From contig CM060733.1 in NCBI GenBank assembly GCA_030704615.1, forward strand, positions 47,492,001 through 47,556,000: a stretch of DNA of 64,000 nucleotides, given 5' to 3'. The notes under the pieces are model-generated. The model was not told the DNA's origin. It searched no databases and was given only the letters and a program-made list of their open reading frames with translations. Positions 47,353 through 61,417 of this stretch are shown here, piece after piece. Position 1 is the first letter of the stretch; each line of letters opens with the position of its first letter. The position numbers and the translations under genes are program-made. This DNA is from Takakia lepidozioides. Lineage: Eukaryota > Plantae > Bryophyta.

Positions 47353-48879
47353 GTTGTGGTGGACAGTGTTACAGATGCACCCACAGCAAATCCTGCATGT
47401 GCACACGACGTGGACGCCAGCGTAAACGTCCTTCACCCCCATGACAAAGACACCTCTGCAGATGTCTCTGCCAACATTCTTTGCCCCCAACCAGGTTTCC
47501 TGACTCAACTTGAAATGGACCTTGTTGGCAGTCAGGTATTTCCCGATTGTGGTGGACTTCTGCCCCCTGTGGCCTCTTGCAATTCAGCACATCCTTTTCT
47601 GAGTCGTGCCCCCTTAGTGTCCGATGGAAAAACGGCGCCGAATTTCCATCCGCGGGTGCTCGGATGAAGTCGTCTCGGGGGGAGAGGCCGACACCTGGCT
47701 GACAGAGAACATCCCCCGGATGGACAAACGACGCCGAATTTCCATCCGAGGGCGCTCGGATGAAGTCATCTCGGGGGGAGAGGCTGACACCTGGCTAACA
47801 AAGAACATCCCCCGGATGGAAAAATGGCGCCAAATTTCCATCTGTGGACGCCCGTATTGAGCCGTCATCAACCATTTTCAGTCGTTGCATTACCTTTTTC
47901 GTGTTTTTTTGTCAAATCCGACCCTCAACTTAGAATATTCTCCCTGCGGGCCACTTTTTTGGCACGTTATCCCTACAAATATTATCCGTTGGATGGAAAT
48001 TTGGCGCCGGGTTTCCATCCGGGGGAGCTCCGACTTACCTGCAGGATGGAAATTTGGCGCCGGTTTTCCATCTGGGGGAGCTCCGACTTAACCGCAAATT
48101 CGGCGCCGGTTTTCCATCCAGCGGATTGTGGGATGATGCCGCCTCGGGCGGAGCGAGGGCCAGGTGGCGCTCCGACTTCATCCGCTGGATGGAAATTCGG
48201 CGCCGTTTTTCAATCCAGCGGGCTGTCGATGAAGTCTCGGGTGGAAGTTGGGACAGATGGCGGCGGGGGCGAGCTCCATACCTATGTCATTGAAGAGCGC
48301 CGGCCCGCATTAATTGTCCGCCGCCATTGGTTTTGAACCGGACAATCCCCACGGATTCCGCGCTTGCTTCCCGGATACGCCTGGGAACCCTGATGTGATG
48401 GGTGGATGAAGTTCCATTCGAGGCCTGTATGCACGCATTCTGCGAGAGATTTTTCTATTACTCGGACTTATGCCGCGTGGAGAATGGTGTGGCTCTACTG
48501 AGAGAAACCCCACATCCAGACCGCGGCACAAACTCAAACCTTTGTACTACGGGCCGCGTCCAACGTCTCGCATGGCCAAACTGAAGCTCTAGCAGGAGAT
48601 CCCCTTGTCTGCTCACAACCCGCGCCAACTGAAGCCGAGCACTCTCAGGCGATCCCCTGCTTCTTCCGCTTTATGTAGCATGTGCGGTCGTCTTCTTCAC
48701 TTTGTTTTGTTTGTTTTGGCATCCTTCTGCATGTGCTTCTACATGTGATTGTTAGCCATTGCTTGGTTTTGCTTTCATGGTTGTTCCATGCCACTCCCTA
48801 CTCTGCCTCTCACGATTGTGGCTCGTTTGTTGCTTCCATTTCATTGCGATTGGGGCGCTCATGTTGGGGATGACAGAGT

Positions 48880-51800
48880 GAAGATGAGCGCGACACGGTG
48901 GTGGTATCATCGACAGCTCCAACTACTTGAGCAGTCACTCCAAAAGCGGCTACTCATCGAGCGCAGTCGCACAGTCGTCGGCAGTAGTCTTTGGACCTGG
49001 TGCTTGGCATTTTTGGATCGCCAAAGTTGGGGCGGGAGGGCACACATAAACTTGCTTCTTTTGTTGGTGGACGGGAGGACCTGCAGCAGGAGTACGCCCG
49101 AATAGACATTCGGGAGGTTGGTGGAGCCGGCATGGCAGGTGAAGGGCGTCGGATGAGGATAGCAGATCCGCTGATGGAGGAAGCTAATGCACATGCAGGA
49201 GGGCCCGCCCACGCAAAGAAGAAGAGGAAAGCCAAGCACATGCAATCCCCGGCGAGAGAGCCATCACAGGCTGCGGAGGGGGGAGTGAACAGAACAACCA
49301 CCAAGGCGCGTGAGGGTATCAGTTCCCCTCAATCAAAGGTGGTCGTCCTGGAGGCCTCCCCCGCTGCTACGCCTAGTAAGAAACAGAAGGCCCGTGAGAG
49401 GGCAAAAGAGCAGGCGAGATAGAAGGCTAGCCAGGAGGCAAGAAAACAGGCCACTGAAGAGGCCAGGGGTGTGAAAATGACAAATGCCCATATAAGCAGG
49501 GACGCACAGAGACGGTGGATCCCTCCAAGACACCAGAAATAGACAGTAACACACCGGCTGCATCCTTACCGGTTACACCATCGCGGGTGGGAGAAGCCCC
49601 CGCAATTACCCATATGGTGGAGACTGGGAGAGGGAATAGAACACCACAAAGACCACGGATTGTGGGAGGTGGAGGTGAAGACAGGGAGAGGGCAGTAGAG
49701 ACGGGGAGAGGGCATGAGGTGCTTCCACCGGTGATTGACCATGTTGAGGACGACGAGAGGGAGCTTTCTAACCAGGATGACATCCTCCCGGAGATCCCCA
49801 GGCCCCAAACCCGGAGCATACAGGCTGGATTTGGTGGTCCTGGTGGGCTGCCAGAGAACCCCTCTGCAGCAGACGTCATGTCGGAGGCGGATATGAAGTT
49901 GGCCGCTGCCAAGATGTTGGAGGCAACCCACAACAACGTTGGCAGAGTCCTGGGGGGCATGGTGTACCAGGCAAAGCTTCGGATTCCTCTCTGACGCTTG
50001 GTATCATTGCAGGTGGTGAGACATGCCCTCCCAGGCGATATCGACAGCTGAAATTCTCTTTCCAGGAGGGATATCGAATGGGGTCTGCCACGTTTTATGT
50101 TTCCATTGAGAATGACCACGGAGCTTCTCATGCCCACATTCCGATGAGGTGGACATGGGTCCCCATTGGCAAGCAAAATGAGGAGTTCGAGAGATGATTG
50201 TTACTGATCCGCTTTTCAGCACGTGTCCGGACGGGATGAAGGTTGGAGGCCGGAAAAAGAATCAGCATATCGACATTGGGGCATTAGGGCAAATAAATGA
50301 ATATTATGGAAGATCGAAGTAAAAATACAGAAATCATTAGGTATAGAATTATTAAATGGTATTCTTAATATGATCTAAGAATAGCATGAGATCGGAATGA
50401 TATTATTTAAATTGTTCATTTCGTATGTTTTACGTGTGCGGACGGGCAATCATCGAATACTGGCATGGATGGAGCAACATAGCCCAAGCCCACCCCAACG
50501 GACTTGGATTGGCATTTACGCAGTGGTGGAGTTGTGTGGCTGAAGGTTGCGGGGCCCAAGACGAAGTCTTATTAAAGCGCAAGGCAGAAATTCAACTCGT
50601 AAATAATACAATGCCTCTGCTTTGGAACTTTGAATATTTGAAGTTCTTTAATCGCCAATCATCATAGTTGTTGCAAATTCTCCATTTCAGTATCGTTTAG
50701 GGAAATGGCATTTGCAGGGGTGAATGAGAAGGCCTTCATTGCCACCAACTCATCCCCACGCTCTTGCCGAGGAAGGACTGTGTCGGGAAAGCAGGGGGTG
50801 CAAGAGTTTTCCAATGAGCTCAGGCCGACCTCCTGAGCAAGTCGGAGGCAAAGGCAATCAAAACCTAGTATTAGGCTGAGCATGGATGCCATGGTGGATG
50901 GACTACTATTTAGGTACAGCTCCCAAATCTTTGTGAGCAATCTGTTTTTTGCTCCCACAAATGAGAAGAAAAAGTGTGGACCAGGATTTCTAAACTTATG
51001 TGCGCATTTTGACAGACGAAAATTTAGCAGGATTTGGCACATGCGCGGAGGTGCTACATGGAGGCAAAGCGAGAAGAAATAACCTCCCGGACTGGAATCG
51101 TATCTCAAAGATTGCGTGATTTGTGCAAAAGGCCACATCAAGTACAAGTCCGCGGATGGTGAAGAAGTACGGGGCCCTAGCTGATCACGCCCTTGGTGCC
51201 AACTTTTGGTGGAGGGGGAAGCACTACTCCCGTGCTATTAAGCCCACGTGACACTGGAGAAGCATCGTATAGCATAGCCTGTGTGGATGCACAGAGAAGG
51301 TTATACATTCTTAACCAAATTCTCGTGGGCAACAATTCGTTTCGTGGTGTTTGGCGCGTACAATATGAACGATGATTGGATAGACCCGGTGGCCCAAAAT
51401 CGGAATGGGTCCCAGAGTACAAGGACAGTGTGGGCTCCCCAAAACCCGACAAACTTGTCTGACCCAACATTCGACATGTGGATGAACCGCATGACATGGT
51501 GGTTTCAGGACTTTCCCACGCTTCATTTGGCGCTTCTACTCTGTATCTGGTGGATTTCTTGTATTTATTGCGGAATGCGGTCTCATGGAGAATCTCCACA
51601 GGTGACGACGGATGCGCAAGAGCAGCTTGACACCCAAGCACATCAGTTCAAGCTGGAGATTCTGGAGAAGCAGAGAGCCTACGCGACTATGTGGCGAGGT
51701 ACTTTCTGCTCTACAAAACCGACCTGTTCTTTCGAGAGATACTGCATGCCCGCCGGAGCCACGAGTTTATCAACCAGCCGAACGCGGACAAAGCGGCAAT

Positions 51801-54474
51801 GCGCCTTCTGTATAGGTAAATATGCGGTGCTCCTCTTTGATCTGTGGCATTGTAGTCCCTAGAGTGGAATAAAAACGGCTTGTGGGGGCATGACAAACTG
51901 GTTGTGAAGAAATGGCTAAGTCCCTGGCAAAATGGCGCCGAATTTCCTGATTCGGCCCCTGAAAATGGCCAAGTCCTTGGGGCGGCTGGTAAATGGCGCC
52001 AAATTTCCACTTTCCGGCTGGGGTGGCTGACACCGAAACTGGAAATTCGGCTCCATTTTTCCAGGTTGGGGCCCAGCCCTTTCTGGGACTTAGCCACTTT
52101 TGGACCCAGCCTGGAAAAATGGCACCAAATTTCCAGTACCGGGCCCGAAAAAAATAAGTCCCGGGGGTGGGTGGCACCCATTCTGGAAATTCGGCGCCAT
52201 TTTTCCTTGAGGCCCAGCCATTTCTGGGACTTAGCCTGTTTCGGACCCAGCCTGGCAAAATGGCGCCAAATTTCCAGTTCCGGGCCCCAAAAATGGCTAA
52301 GTCCCGAGGGGTGGCTGGCACCCATTTTGGAAATTCGGCACCATTTTTCCAGGCTGGGTCCGAAACTGGCTAAGTCCCAGAAATGGCTGGGCCCCAACTT
52401 GGAAAATAGGCGCCGATTTTCAGGCAGGTATTCAGGAGAAATTGAATGAGAAGAATAAAGGACAGAAGAAAATGACACGGAAACAGGGGACTACATTAAC
52501 CCCCAAAAAACAGAAAACCACCGGGGCACGAGAGGAGACGCAGGAGGGGCCCGAAGGGAGTGACTCCGACGACGACTTTGTGCAAGGTCCTGCGACAACT
52601 GCTGCTGCTGCTACCAAGTCACCGGTTGTCCAGGTTCCAAGTCAAGTGCGGACTGGGACTGGCTCTGCCAAGAAGTTGGCATTTGAGGGCGAGCCTACAC
52701 GGTGGTATTCGGCGGTGACGTTTCCGCAAAGGCCAAAGCTAGAATCCCCAACAATCATCCCATGTGTCAATGAGAGCTTCCTTGACGCTCTGGCTGCCAG
52801 GGCAAAGAAGGTGACACACAGCAAGTCTCTGGAGGAGCTGAAGGGGAAAGCCAAGAAGAGGGCTGCCGCTACAGAGCCGCCTAAGACACCCTGGTTTGGA
52901 AGCCATGATGGAATTCTTCACGACTGTGAGCACGGATTGTAAGAGCACCGGGGGGGGGGGGGGGGGTTGAGTTGAGAGACTGCGAAGAATTCTCCTCGAT
53001 ATTCCAGATGGGGAGCTACTGGAGGGCCTGGATGGTGTGCCCACCTGGACCAAGTTTACTGAGGACTACTGGAGAGCCGGGTTTGGGTTGGCGGGGATGC
53101 TCTTGGATGACGGTGGGTGTATGGTGGTCCTTGCCAAAAGAGGGAAGACCACAGAGAATGTTGTGGCAAGGTGGACACCGAAAAGTGCCACCCCGATCCT
53201 CCTCAAAAAATGCTTCTGTATCAATACACAGGGGTTGCAAACAGAGGGCCAGAGTGTAAGTTATCATTCTATTGCCTTCACTTCATATCGTGGTGTATGT
53301 AAACTAGACCTTGGAGTTGATCCCTCTTTTGTTGGATGTGCAGACATTGGTGTTTGAGGCATATTGTTTTGTGAAGAGAGGGTCTACGTTCAAACTCCGC
53401 AATGACGGTTGTCTTGTTAATGCCGCTGTGGACCCTGTTACCTACGATATCCTCTACAACTATATGCCCCACTCCAGTATGCTGAATGACACAAAAACAG
53501 GCAAACCGTGGCGGTACAGCCGGACTCGGAGCCCTGCTTTCATCCAAACCCTCATGGAGACATGCTCTGATGTCCAAGGGCGGATTCTTGACCTCACATG
53601 CGGCACGCGTAAGCCTTAACGTGCACAGTATGTCCCCTGGCCCGATTGCAATTGCATGCCGCATGCTACTAAGCGCCCGCTCAGGTGCTTCAATGTGGGC
53701 TGGGACGTTGTCCGACAGGCATATCTTCACCTTCGAGCCAGATACTGCCCTCCACAACTCCGAACTTGCAGTGGCTGAACGTCTGCCGAAAGAGGAAGAG
53801 GCATCCTTGGAGGATGAGGAAGAATCCGAGAAGGAGCAGGGGGAGGTACAAGTTGGGATCGAGGCCGAGGAGCCCCCGGTTTACGAGTGAGTGGTCACAT
53901 TGTAAGTTGCCTCCTGATTTCGTGAGGCACCTCCCTTCGCTCTCTTATTTCATTGAAAGACTTTGTGCTTCTGCTGGTATTGACATTCTTGAAGTGGATT
54001 TGTTCTTACTATAGGATGCCAAGTACTGCAGGAGGGACGTCTACACCGCAGTTCATGGGCAGGAGGAACGTGCCTTTTTTTGCCAGGGGGTATTTCATGC
54101 CGAGTCCAGAAAGGGACTACATCCTTCCTACTTATGCTGCTCGACTTGCTTCGGTGTCCATTAGGAGGTCTTCCAAACCTAGTCGTGTACAACAGATTTT
54201 AGACGAGACAAGCCTCAAGAAAATGAAGATGAGGGAGGAGGCAACAGCTATTAGAGCCCGCCAGGCTCGTAGATTTGTCTTGGATTCTGCTGACAAAAGT
54301 GGGGGAGAAGAGGCAAAAGATTCCCAGGAGGTGAGGTGGACAGTCCCCCAAGGAGAGGACGGTATTTTTGAGAGGCATAGTGGAATTGATGCATCTCAGA
54401 CCTCAGAGGATGGGGGGGATGAGGGGGATGAGGAGGAAGGTGGGGCAAGTTCCTCGGAGGGTGCCGGAGAGTAG
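48880..54474 (+). pseudogene. ParB-MTase-like accessory gene, family 1, degenerate copy
   Basis: Colinear with 16471-23580: KLRIPL* (in-frame stop), LLDIPDG region ~52990, RILDLTCGT ~53590, terminal exon to 54474. Internal deletion near 52430 and many indels over 50000-51850. Confidence 0.82.
51910..52420. repeat. Short, irregular version of the family-1 intron array
   Basis: GGCTAAGTCCC / GGGACTTAGCC and GGAAATTCGGCGCC modules in mixed orientation, in the same intron. Confidence 0.8.
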
Positions 54475-54869
54475 TGCCCATTCTGGCTATGACAGTTAGG
54501 ACACACTTGTATAGATGTGGCTTGCCACAAAATTTGCAATAAAATGTTGTATTTCATTGCGATGACGAGTCTAGTGGTGCCACATTCTAGCTTCGAATGA
54601 CCCTATTTCCGTGGACACACAATGGTCCGCTCATGCTCTTTTTTTTTTTTCCGCTCATGCTCATGCCGCTCATGAAATAGCAACCCCCCTAGTAAATGCA
54701 CATAGGTGACCTTCAATGATCACGGGGAGGGAGGAGGGGATCTCAAATGGGCATGCAGCAGTGAAGAAATCCGTGTGCTCCCTTCCTACACGTATTGTGG
54801 TGTTGAGTTTTCCTTCAGTTGTTACTCGGCTGCAGTATACACAAGATGTGGTTCAAACAGCTAAACGCA

Positions 54870-55000
54870 AAGCTGTGGATCTCAGCATTGGCCCTCTTGA
54901 CCGCCTTGGCCTCTGCCCATTTGGTCAGATACTCGGTAGCTACGATGATGTAGCGATTTTGTCGATGAAGCAGGGTGCAGTACTTCCCATACATAGTCGC
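54870..55000 (-). mobile_element. Small gypsy integrase fragment
   Basis: NRYIIVATEYLTKWAEAKAVKRANA. Confidence 0.75.
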
Positions 55001-55004
55001 CGGT

Positions 55005-55730
55005 CCAGATTCATCCAAGAGGGCGGGACTTCAAGCTCACGATTACCTATAATTCCCTGTGGATCAATAGCTGCAAGAAACCTGCATGGGTAGATGGTCA
55101 ACTGGAAGCTGCAACAGTAGCGGCACAATTGATAAAATCAGACACTACTAATGAAAACACCTTCTTCAACACATTTTCACCCTGTTTTTCCCTCTTATCA
55201 GAATTGGCCCTAAATTTTCATGTTGAATTCTGCAAGTTAGCTGGTTGAGTGAACCTTTGATGGTTTGGAGTGAATTTGATATGGTACTGCCAATGTGACA
55301 ACAGGGAAGTATCCAGAAATAGGTAACAGCTGAGACGAGGAGAAGCTGTGGAATGAATACTTTTCCGACCCCAGTCAATGGTGGGACAATCGAGGCAAAA
55401 ATGTGAATGCCTGTTGGATTACAGAGAGTAGCAGATGCAATTGACCATAGTGATAAGTAGAGTTGGGTGTTTCCTAGAACAAATGTAGGCTGTCATTGTC
55501 AGGTGCTAGCAGCAAGACAGGGATGTATGCATGATTTGTGCAGCGGCATGGATAGCTGAAGGAACAGGGATAGATTCTGGGTCCAGATTCATCCAAGAGG
55601 GCCGGACTTCAAGCTCCAAATTACCTATGATTCCATGTGGATCAATAGCTACAAGAAACCTGCTGCATGGGTAGATGGTCAACTAAAGGTAGCAACTGCA
55701 ATGACACAGTTGATAAAATCAGGCACCTCA
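55005..55730 (+). pseudogene. OSB-like PDF-motif fragments
   Basis: HPRGRDFKLTITYNSLWINSCKKPAWVDGQL (~55012), EKLWNEYFSDPSQWWDNRGKNVN (~55340) and HPRGPDFKLQ..WINSYKKPAAWV (~55590) match the W..F..P..WWDNR..K.NP..PDFKHK....LW motif of plant organellar ssDNA-binding (OSB) proteins. Confidence 0.7.
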
Positions 55731-55754
55731 ACCATGACCATAGCTTCTGAAAGA

Positions 55755-56040
55755 GGATCAAGAGAGGTGGCTGAACGAGATGTGGTGTTTTGGAGTGCCA
55801 TGATTGCAAGGTATGTGTAGCATAGGTATGGGATTAAGGCTTTGGAAATCTAGGAGCAAATGATGTGGGAAGGGATGAAGCAAGACCATGTCATGTTCAT
55901 TTGTGTTTGTAATATGCATATGGGAGCCTAGCAGCCCTGGGAAGGGGCAAGGAGGTTCATGGTGACATTATCAAAGCTGGAATTGTACTAGATGTCATTC
56001 TGAACATTCCCCTGGTATACATCTACATCAAATGTGAGCC
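55755..56040 (+). pseudogene. PLS-class PPR fragment
   Basis: ERDVVFWSAMIARYV*..ALEI*EQM..EGMKQDHVMF..GKEVHGDIIKAGI..YIKC, with stops. Confidence 0.8.
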
Positions 56041-56934
56041 TGGCAGCCCTGGCCAGAGAAGAACATGAAGAGGGCTTACAATTTCGTTCGCCCGGGCGTA
56101 GACATTGCTGGCAATGAGAAGAAGGCAAGAAAGCAGTTTAGTGTTCCTAGCATGCATGCGGAGACACCGTGTAGAAGTTAGGCTCAGACTTTTATCATGG
56201 CTGGATTTTGTTGACAGTGTTCCAGCACTACTCTCTGGGATTTTATTTTTTTTTTGTGGAGCTTGAATCCCCAATGGTACTTCTTTCACTATACTAGTGG
56301 TATGTGTTCTCTAGTCATGTTCCTAATCACTTGCACGCCACTGTAATAGTGGTATAATTTAAAACTGTAAGAGTAGCTAAATACACACAATTGCCTCCAT
56401 TATCACTCCTGTAGCGGTATAAGTAATCACATATATATTGCTATATTAGTGGTATGAATTCCTCCAGTGGTATTCCTAATCACCTACACACCACTCTGTT
56501 AGTAATCATTCCAATCCATAGTTATCACTCAGAGAGACACCATGGATGATTCACACAGCTTACATATCACTATGTGGGTAATAATTCCAATGACATGGTG
56601 AGAGACGTCATCCACTCACATAACACGGTTTGAGTGATATTGTATATCTCAATTTTCATAGAATGACTCTGTGAGTCATTTTGCGATCACTCAACAAGTG
56701 GTTTCGGAAGTCATTGAATTTTTCACTCCATCCCTTTCGTAGCACTGACAGGGTGAAATGTGTTGAAGAAGGTACCTTCATGCCGCACGTTCAGCCATCT
56801 CCACATTGTCATGGATTCTACAGGCACCAAGCAAGGCCTTCATTTTGCAAACATGTCGACATTTTTCCCCTTTTCCAGACTGCCGGGCAGTGTTCAGAAT
56901 GACATTAGGTACAATTCCAGCTTTGAACCAGGCA

Positions 56935-57915
56935 TGGCCTGCTAAAACCAAGTTGACTCTCTCTCTTGCACCAACGAGCTAACTTACAGATTTCAATATG
57001 CATATCAGGCCCGAGTTTAATAAGAGGGCAAACAGGCTGAAATAGGTTGAAGAAGAAGGTGCCCTCACGGCTGCTAAGACCAACTGAAGCTCTCTCTTGC
57101 ACCAACGAGCTAACTTAACATAATTCATATGCATATCAGGCCTGAGTCTGATAAGAGGGCAAAACAGGCTGAAATAGGTTGAAGAAGAAGGTGCCCTCAT
57201 GGCCTGCTAAGACCAAGCTGACTCTCTCTCTTGCACCAATGAGCTAACTTACATAATTCAATATGCATATCAGGCCCAAGTGTGATAAGAGCGCAAAACA
57301 GGCTGAAATAGGTTGAATCAGGAAATGAATCAGCGGGCTGCTAAGACCAAGCTGATTCTCCCAAGAACCTTGTAGACATCAGGAAGAATACCAAATCATG
57401 GTACTAACAGGAGCCGAAAGCCCACATTTGCAGGATGGACAAACTTCTTCACATCCTACATTAAGGAAAAGCCACACCTTGCGATTGCGATTGTCCCACC
57501 ATCGACAAGGATTGGTAAAAAACTCATGCAAGCTCTGAAATAGGTCGAAGAAGAAGGTGCCCTCACCACATTGTCCTCGACCTTGTGTCATGACCCATGG
57601 AGGATTGACTCCCCATGAACCCAAACGGACCTCTTGTGTGTGCTGCTTGTGTATGTAGTATGGTAATGGCGGATTGGTCCATGAGAAACCACCACGGTGT
57701 GCAGCTGAGTGAGCAGAGATTGAAGCACGACCTTGAAACATGACCTGCTAAGACCAACCTGACTCTCCCAAGAACCTTGGAAACATTAGGAAGAATACGA
57801 GATCACGGTACGTCTAACAGGAGCCAAGAGCCCGCATTTGCAGGATGGACAAACTGCTTCATATTGTACATTGAGAAAAAGCCACACTTTGCGATCGCGA
57901 TTGTCCCACCATCGT
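56935..57915 (-). repeat. ~132-bp tandem units (x3) plus duplicated WWDNR-containing blocks related to 55150-55400
   Basis: GGC(C)TGCTAAGACCAA recurs at ~56936, 57068, 57201 and 57337. The minus strand reads EFFTNPCRWWDNRNRK (~57480-57530), with a second copy near 57890-57915. Confidence 0.7.
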
Positions 57916-57949
57916 GCACGCCTTCATGCCCCGATTCTAGGGCTTGAGT

Positions 57950-58530
57950 CACTACAACAAATTGCGGCTTTTACGTCTCTGGGTTATGACTGCAAATGCA
58001 GTATGGAAGCCATTTACGACTTCTGACCTGAAGACGTAAAGCCTAGTCAGTGTGACAGTGTAGATATGACTCTCCAGGCTGGCTGTGACTGGCGCCTGAG
58101 CAGTGTGGGTGGGAGGGGGGGTTTAGGTAGTCATTACACGATGGCTTACGACTGACTAAACGGACAGGTAGTCCATGTCAGCGACTGTGGGGGGTAGTCA
58201 TACACGCTGGCTTTACTGAATGACTAAACGGACAGTGTAGTCCATGTCAGCGACTGTGCAAGAGTGACACCCGATCGATACAGACAATGAAACGTGGCAG
58301 AGTGTTCGCTCTCCATGACTGTGAACTATGACTACGGGCGTGCTAATCTGGTTGCAACACGTGGCAAGTTTACATGTGGTCCCTCAGCAGATTGACATGT
58401 GTCATGATGGGTGATTTTTTGGGTATTTTCCTAATTTTTAACATATTTGTATTTCCACCACCACGTGTGTAGTACTATTGGAGAGTGAAGATGTAGTCAT
58501 TATATGACTGCGATAGAAGTCATTACATGT
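57950..58530 (+). mobile_element. Left end of a CACTA element
   Basis: CACTACAACAAATT at 57950, followed by repeated ATGACT/ACGACT/AGTCAT subterminal motifs. The matching right end was not found. Confidence 0.55.
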
Positions 58531-58812
58531 CTATTACAACAATGAAATATAATATATAATACAAACAGAACAAGGTAGCAAGACCTAACTGCAACAAGCT
58601 GAGCAAAACCAAGAGATTGTACACCATCTCTATTTATCAATCTATTTATCATTATCATTTTTGTCGCGATCTAAAAATACATAAAATAGTCACATGTTCT
58701 CATGTGAATTATATTGTCTAACTGTAACACTTTGAAAAGTGTTCACCAAATCTTCTAACTACTAGTGTATTCCATCATCTGCAACCCATCAAAAACTAAG
58801 GTTTTCATGGCT

Positions 58813-60600
58813 TTAAGAAACACTACAGCAAGCAACCTTCACCATCTTGGGTGATTCTCCTCCCACCGCCATATCAACCAATTGCGTTGTTGGCTCGGTT
58901 GTGAAGGTTGATCTTGGTTCAAACCTTGATCCGTTTGACCCTTGTTGTAAATATGGAATGTAGGGGGCAATACGTTTCATAACATCCCTTTCTAGGTTGG
59001 CCTCCTCTACAATTCTCATTTCAATGATCTCGTCGTTCTCCTCCTGAGGAATCTCTGGTTCCTGCAGACCAACCTGTTCGGTGGATATCGAGAAGAGCTC
59101 GGTTAGTGATTCAAACTCTGGAAGTGCCTCGGTTGATAGTGAGTGTACCGTCACCTCCTTGCCTTGGTTTTCTCCAAACAACCAGGCGATGCAGTCTGCA
59201 TGAGACTCGCATTCATATAAATCCGGACCTAGGGACTTGAAGGCGTCCTCTAGTCCTACATTCCTTCGTTTTGCTGGTTGCTAATAACGTTGGATGGATC
59301 TCTCTATCTGTCCACTAGTCCTTCTCACTCAAGTCCGCAGATTCCTCTTCAGAACCAATCATGCTGAGCTTATCCTCATCTGTTGCATGGTGAGGTGCTC
59401 CCAAAAGAAAAGCGACTGTAGTCGTGTAAGGTTTGATCCCATAAGTGATGGTACCTGCCCCCCCAGTCCGTTCGAGCTCGGGACTGGACCAACCATACTC
59501 ATCAATGGGGAAATCTATGATTTGCAAATCTACCGCGTACGTGTAGCCTCCAGTCTTTAGCCCAACATTTGCAATGTGATCCACTGGTCTGATCTTCCGT
59601 TGGTCAGTTGGTCAGTCAGTCAGTCTGATAGTTAATGGAGACTCCCCTGTCATGTTCAATCCTAACTTTGACAAGGTGGAGAGTGGCATGATGTTGACTG
59701 AGCTCCCATCATCCACTAAACATTGTCGTATAAAGCGGTCTGCAATCTCCACTTCTATTTCTACTGGGCCCGGATCGACATGGGCGTTAATGTGGTGGGT
59801 CTGAGCAAAAGTACCTGCTCGCTTCCTCACCAAGGATGCCTTGAGAGCATGTCAAACTGTTGGGATGGAGTGTGGGGTCCGATTCATCCAGGAGGGCCAG
59901 ATTTCAAGCACAAGATTACCTATGCTTCCCTGGGGAAGGAGAGCTACGAGAAACCTGCATGGGTAGATGGTCAACTGGAAGCCGCAGCAGCAGCGGCACA
60001 ATTGATAAAATCAGGCACTGCTAATGAAGGCACCTTCTTCAACACATTTCACCCTGTTTTCCCCTCTTATCAGAACCGGCCCTAAATTCCATGTTGAATT
60101 TTGCAAGTTAGCTGGTTGAGTGAATCTAGTTTTGAGTGACTTTGACATGATACTGCCAATGTGACAATAGGAAAGTATCGAGAAACAGGCAGTGCTATGA
60201 GTTGGGCAAATGTAATGTTTGCTTGAATGTGGCGCAAGTCTCCCATTAGATTATTCAGCTCCAACTCAGGTGAAGCGCATGGTGGAGTGTATTCTCCTTT
60301 CGGGAAGCTTCGCTGGTGCTACTAGTAGATTGGCCGGACTCTTTGTTCTGGATGTCAAAGGTGGTCGAGAAATGGTTGGTCGGATTGCTGGAGATTCGGT
60401 CTCTGCAAATGCTATCTCCTTCTCCTTGGGATGGGTATCCTCTTCCTCCCTGAGTACAGTTTCCGCCACCTTCCGTGCCTCTGACTTCATGACTTTAAAG
60501 TTCATATCTTCCTGTTCTGATGCCGATGTGGCTGACTCCGACGCCACTTTCCCAGGGCATTTCTCTAACGTATCTCGTTGCTGTCGGGTCATTATTGCAT
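58813..60600 (-). mobile_element. Degenerate gypsy gag-protease region
   Basis: QCLVDDGSSVNIMPLSTLSKLGL (aspartic protease), YNLM-like LNNLMGDLRHIQANITFAQLI, and PKMVKV at the start of the RT linker. Interrupted by a PDF-repeat insert. Confidence 0.7.
59860..60188 (+). repeat. Inserted copy of the OSB-PDF-motif repeat
   Basis: GPIHPGGPDFKHKITYASLGKESYEKPAWVDGQL; DNA closely matches 55005-55320. Confidence 0.75.
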
Positions 60601-61417
60601 AGCTACCTTCCTCTGGGTTAGCCTGCGTAGTTTGAGTGGCGCCGAACTCATTTGAACTCCAATTGACTTGGTGCTGCGTCTCCTGCTGACGAGACGAATG
60701 TCCGGGATGTATATTGCTTGTGCTGGATGGCGCCTGTCGAGCGGCTTTTACTCACCCATCCCTTCGCTATCCGCGGTGGGAACTCCAAGATAGAAAAGTT
60801 GGAAATCTCTAAGCACTCAGCCCGCTTAGAACAATCAGTCATGACCTACAGCTAGTGTATCATGGGGGTGCTTCCTATTTGTATTCCTTCTCGCATTCAT
60901 GTTAGCAAGTTACCTTACTATCTATGATTAAGTATCAGATTGATTCTGCAATCTACCATGTTCTACTACTCAAGCATTCATTCCACCACTTCACTCAGGT
61001 CTCTCTACACAATGTGAGTATGAAATATGTGTCAGATTAATATCTATCAAGTATCAGGCCGAAGCCATGGTGTCTCTAATATGCTCTACAGTGCATCTCT
61101 ACAGCTTGCATGAATCAAGCATCATCTCGTCGTATGTGTAATCTCCATCCTTGTGCTCCAAGATCGCGCTCGCCTGATCTCCTCCCGTGATGTCCAAGAA
61201 GTGATCCCCAAGAAGTGCCCTCTCCATGTCCGCACTCTGCCTATTCTACCTGCAAGCTGTTCTAACCGCCTAACTAACTAACTAACTGTCATCCAAGACA
61301 TAATGCTTGTTCCCTCTGCAGATGTCGTTCCTACACAGTCGTTCCCTGCCAATGATAACCGTTCCTTGTGAATGTTGTGACGGGCTGTACCAAGTTGTGT
61401 CGGGCTGTGACTGTGCC

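Larger units (their letters stand above)
47620..54690 (+). mobile_element. Family-1 MULE, more diverged copy (promoter palindromes, ParB-MTase-like gene, TIR); transposase side missing
   Basis: GGATGGAAAT..GGCGCC..TTTCCATCC motifs 47620-48215, gene 48880-54474, TIR ..CCGCTCATGAAATAGCAACCCCCCT ending at ~54690. Confidence 0.85.
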
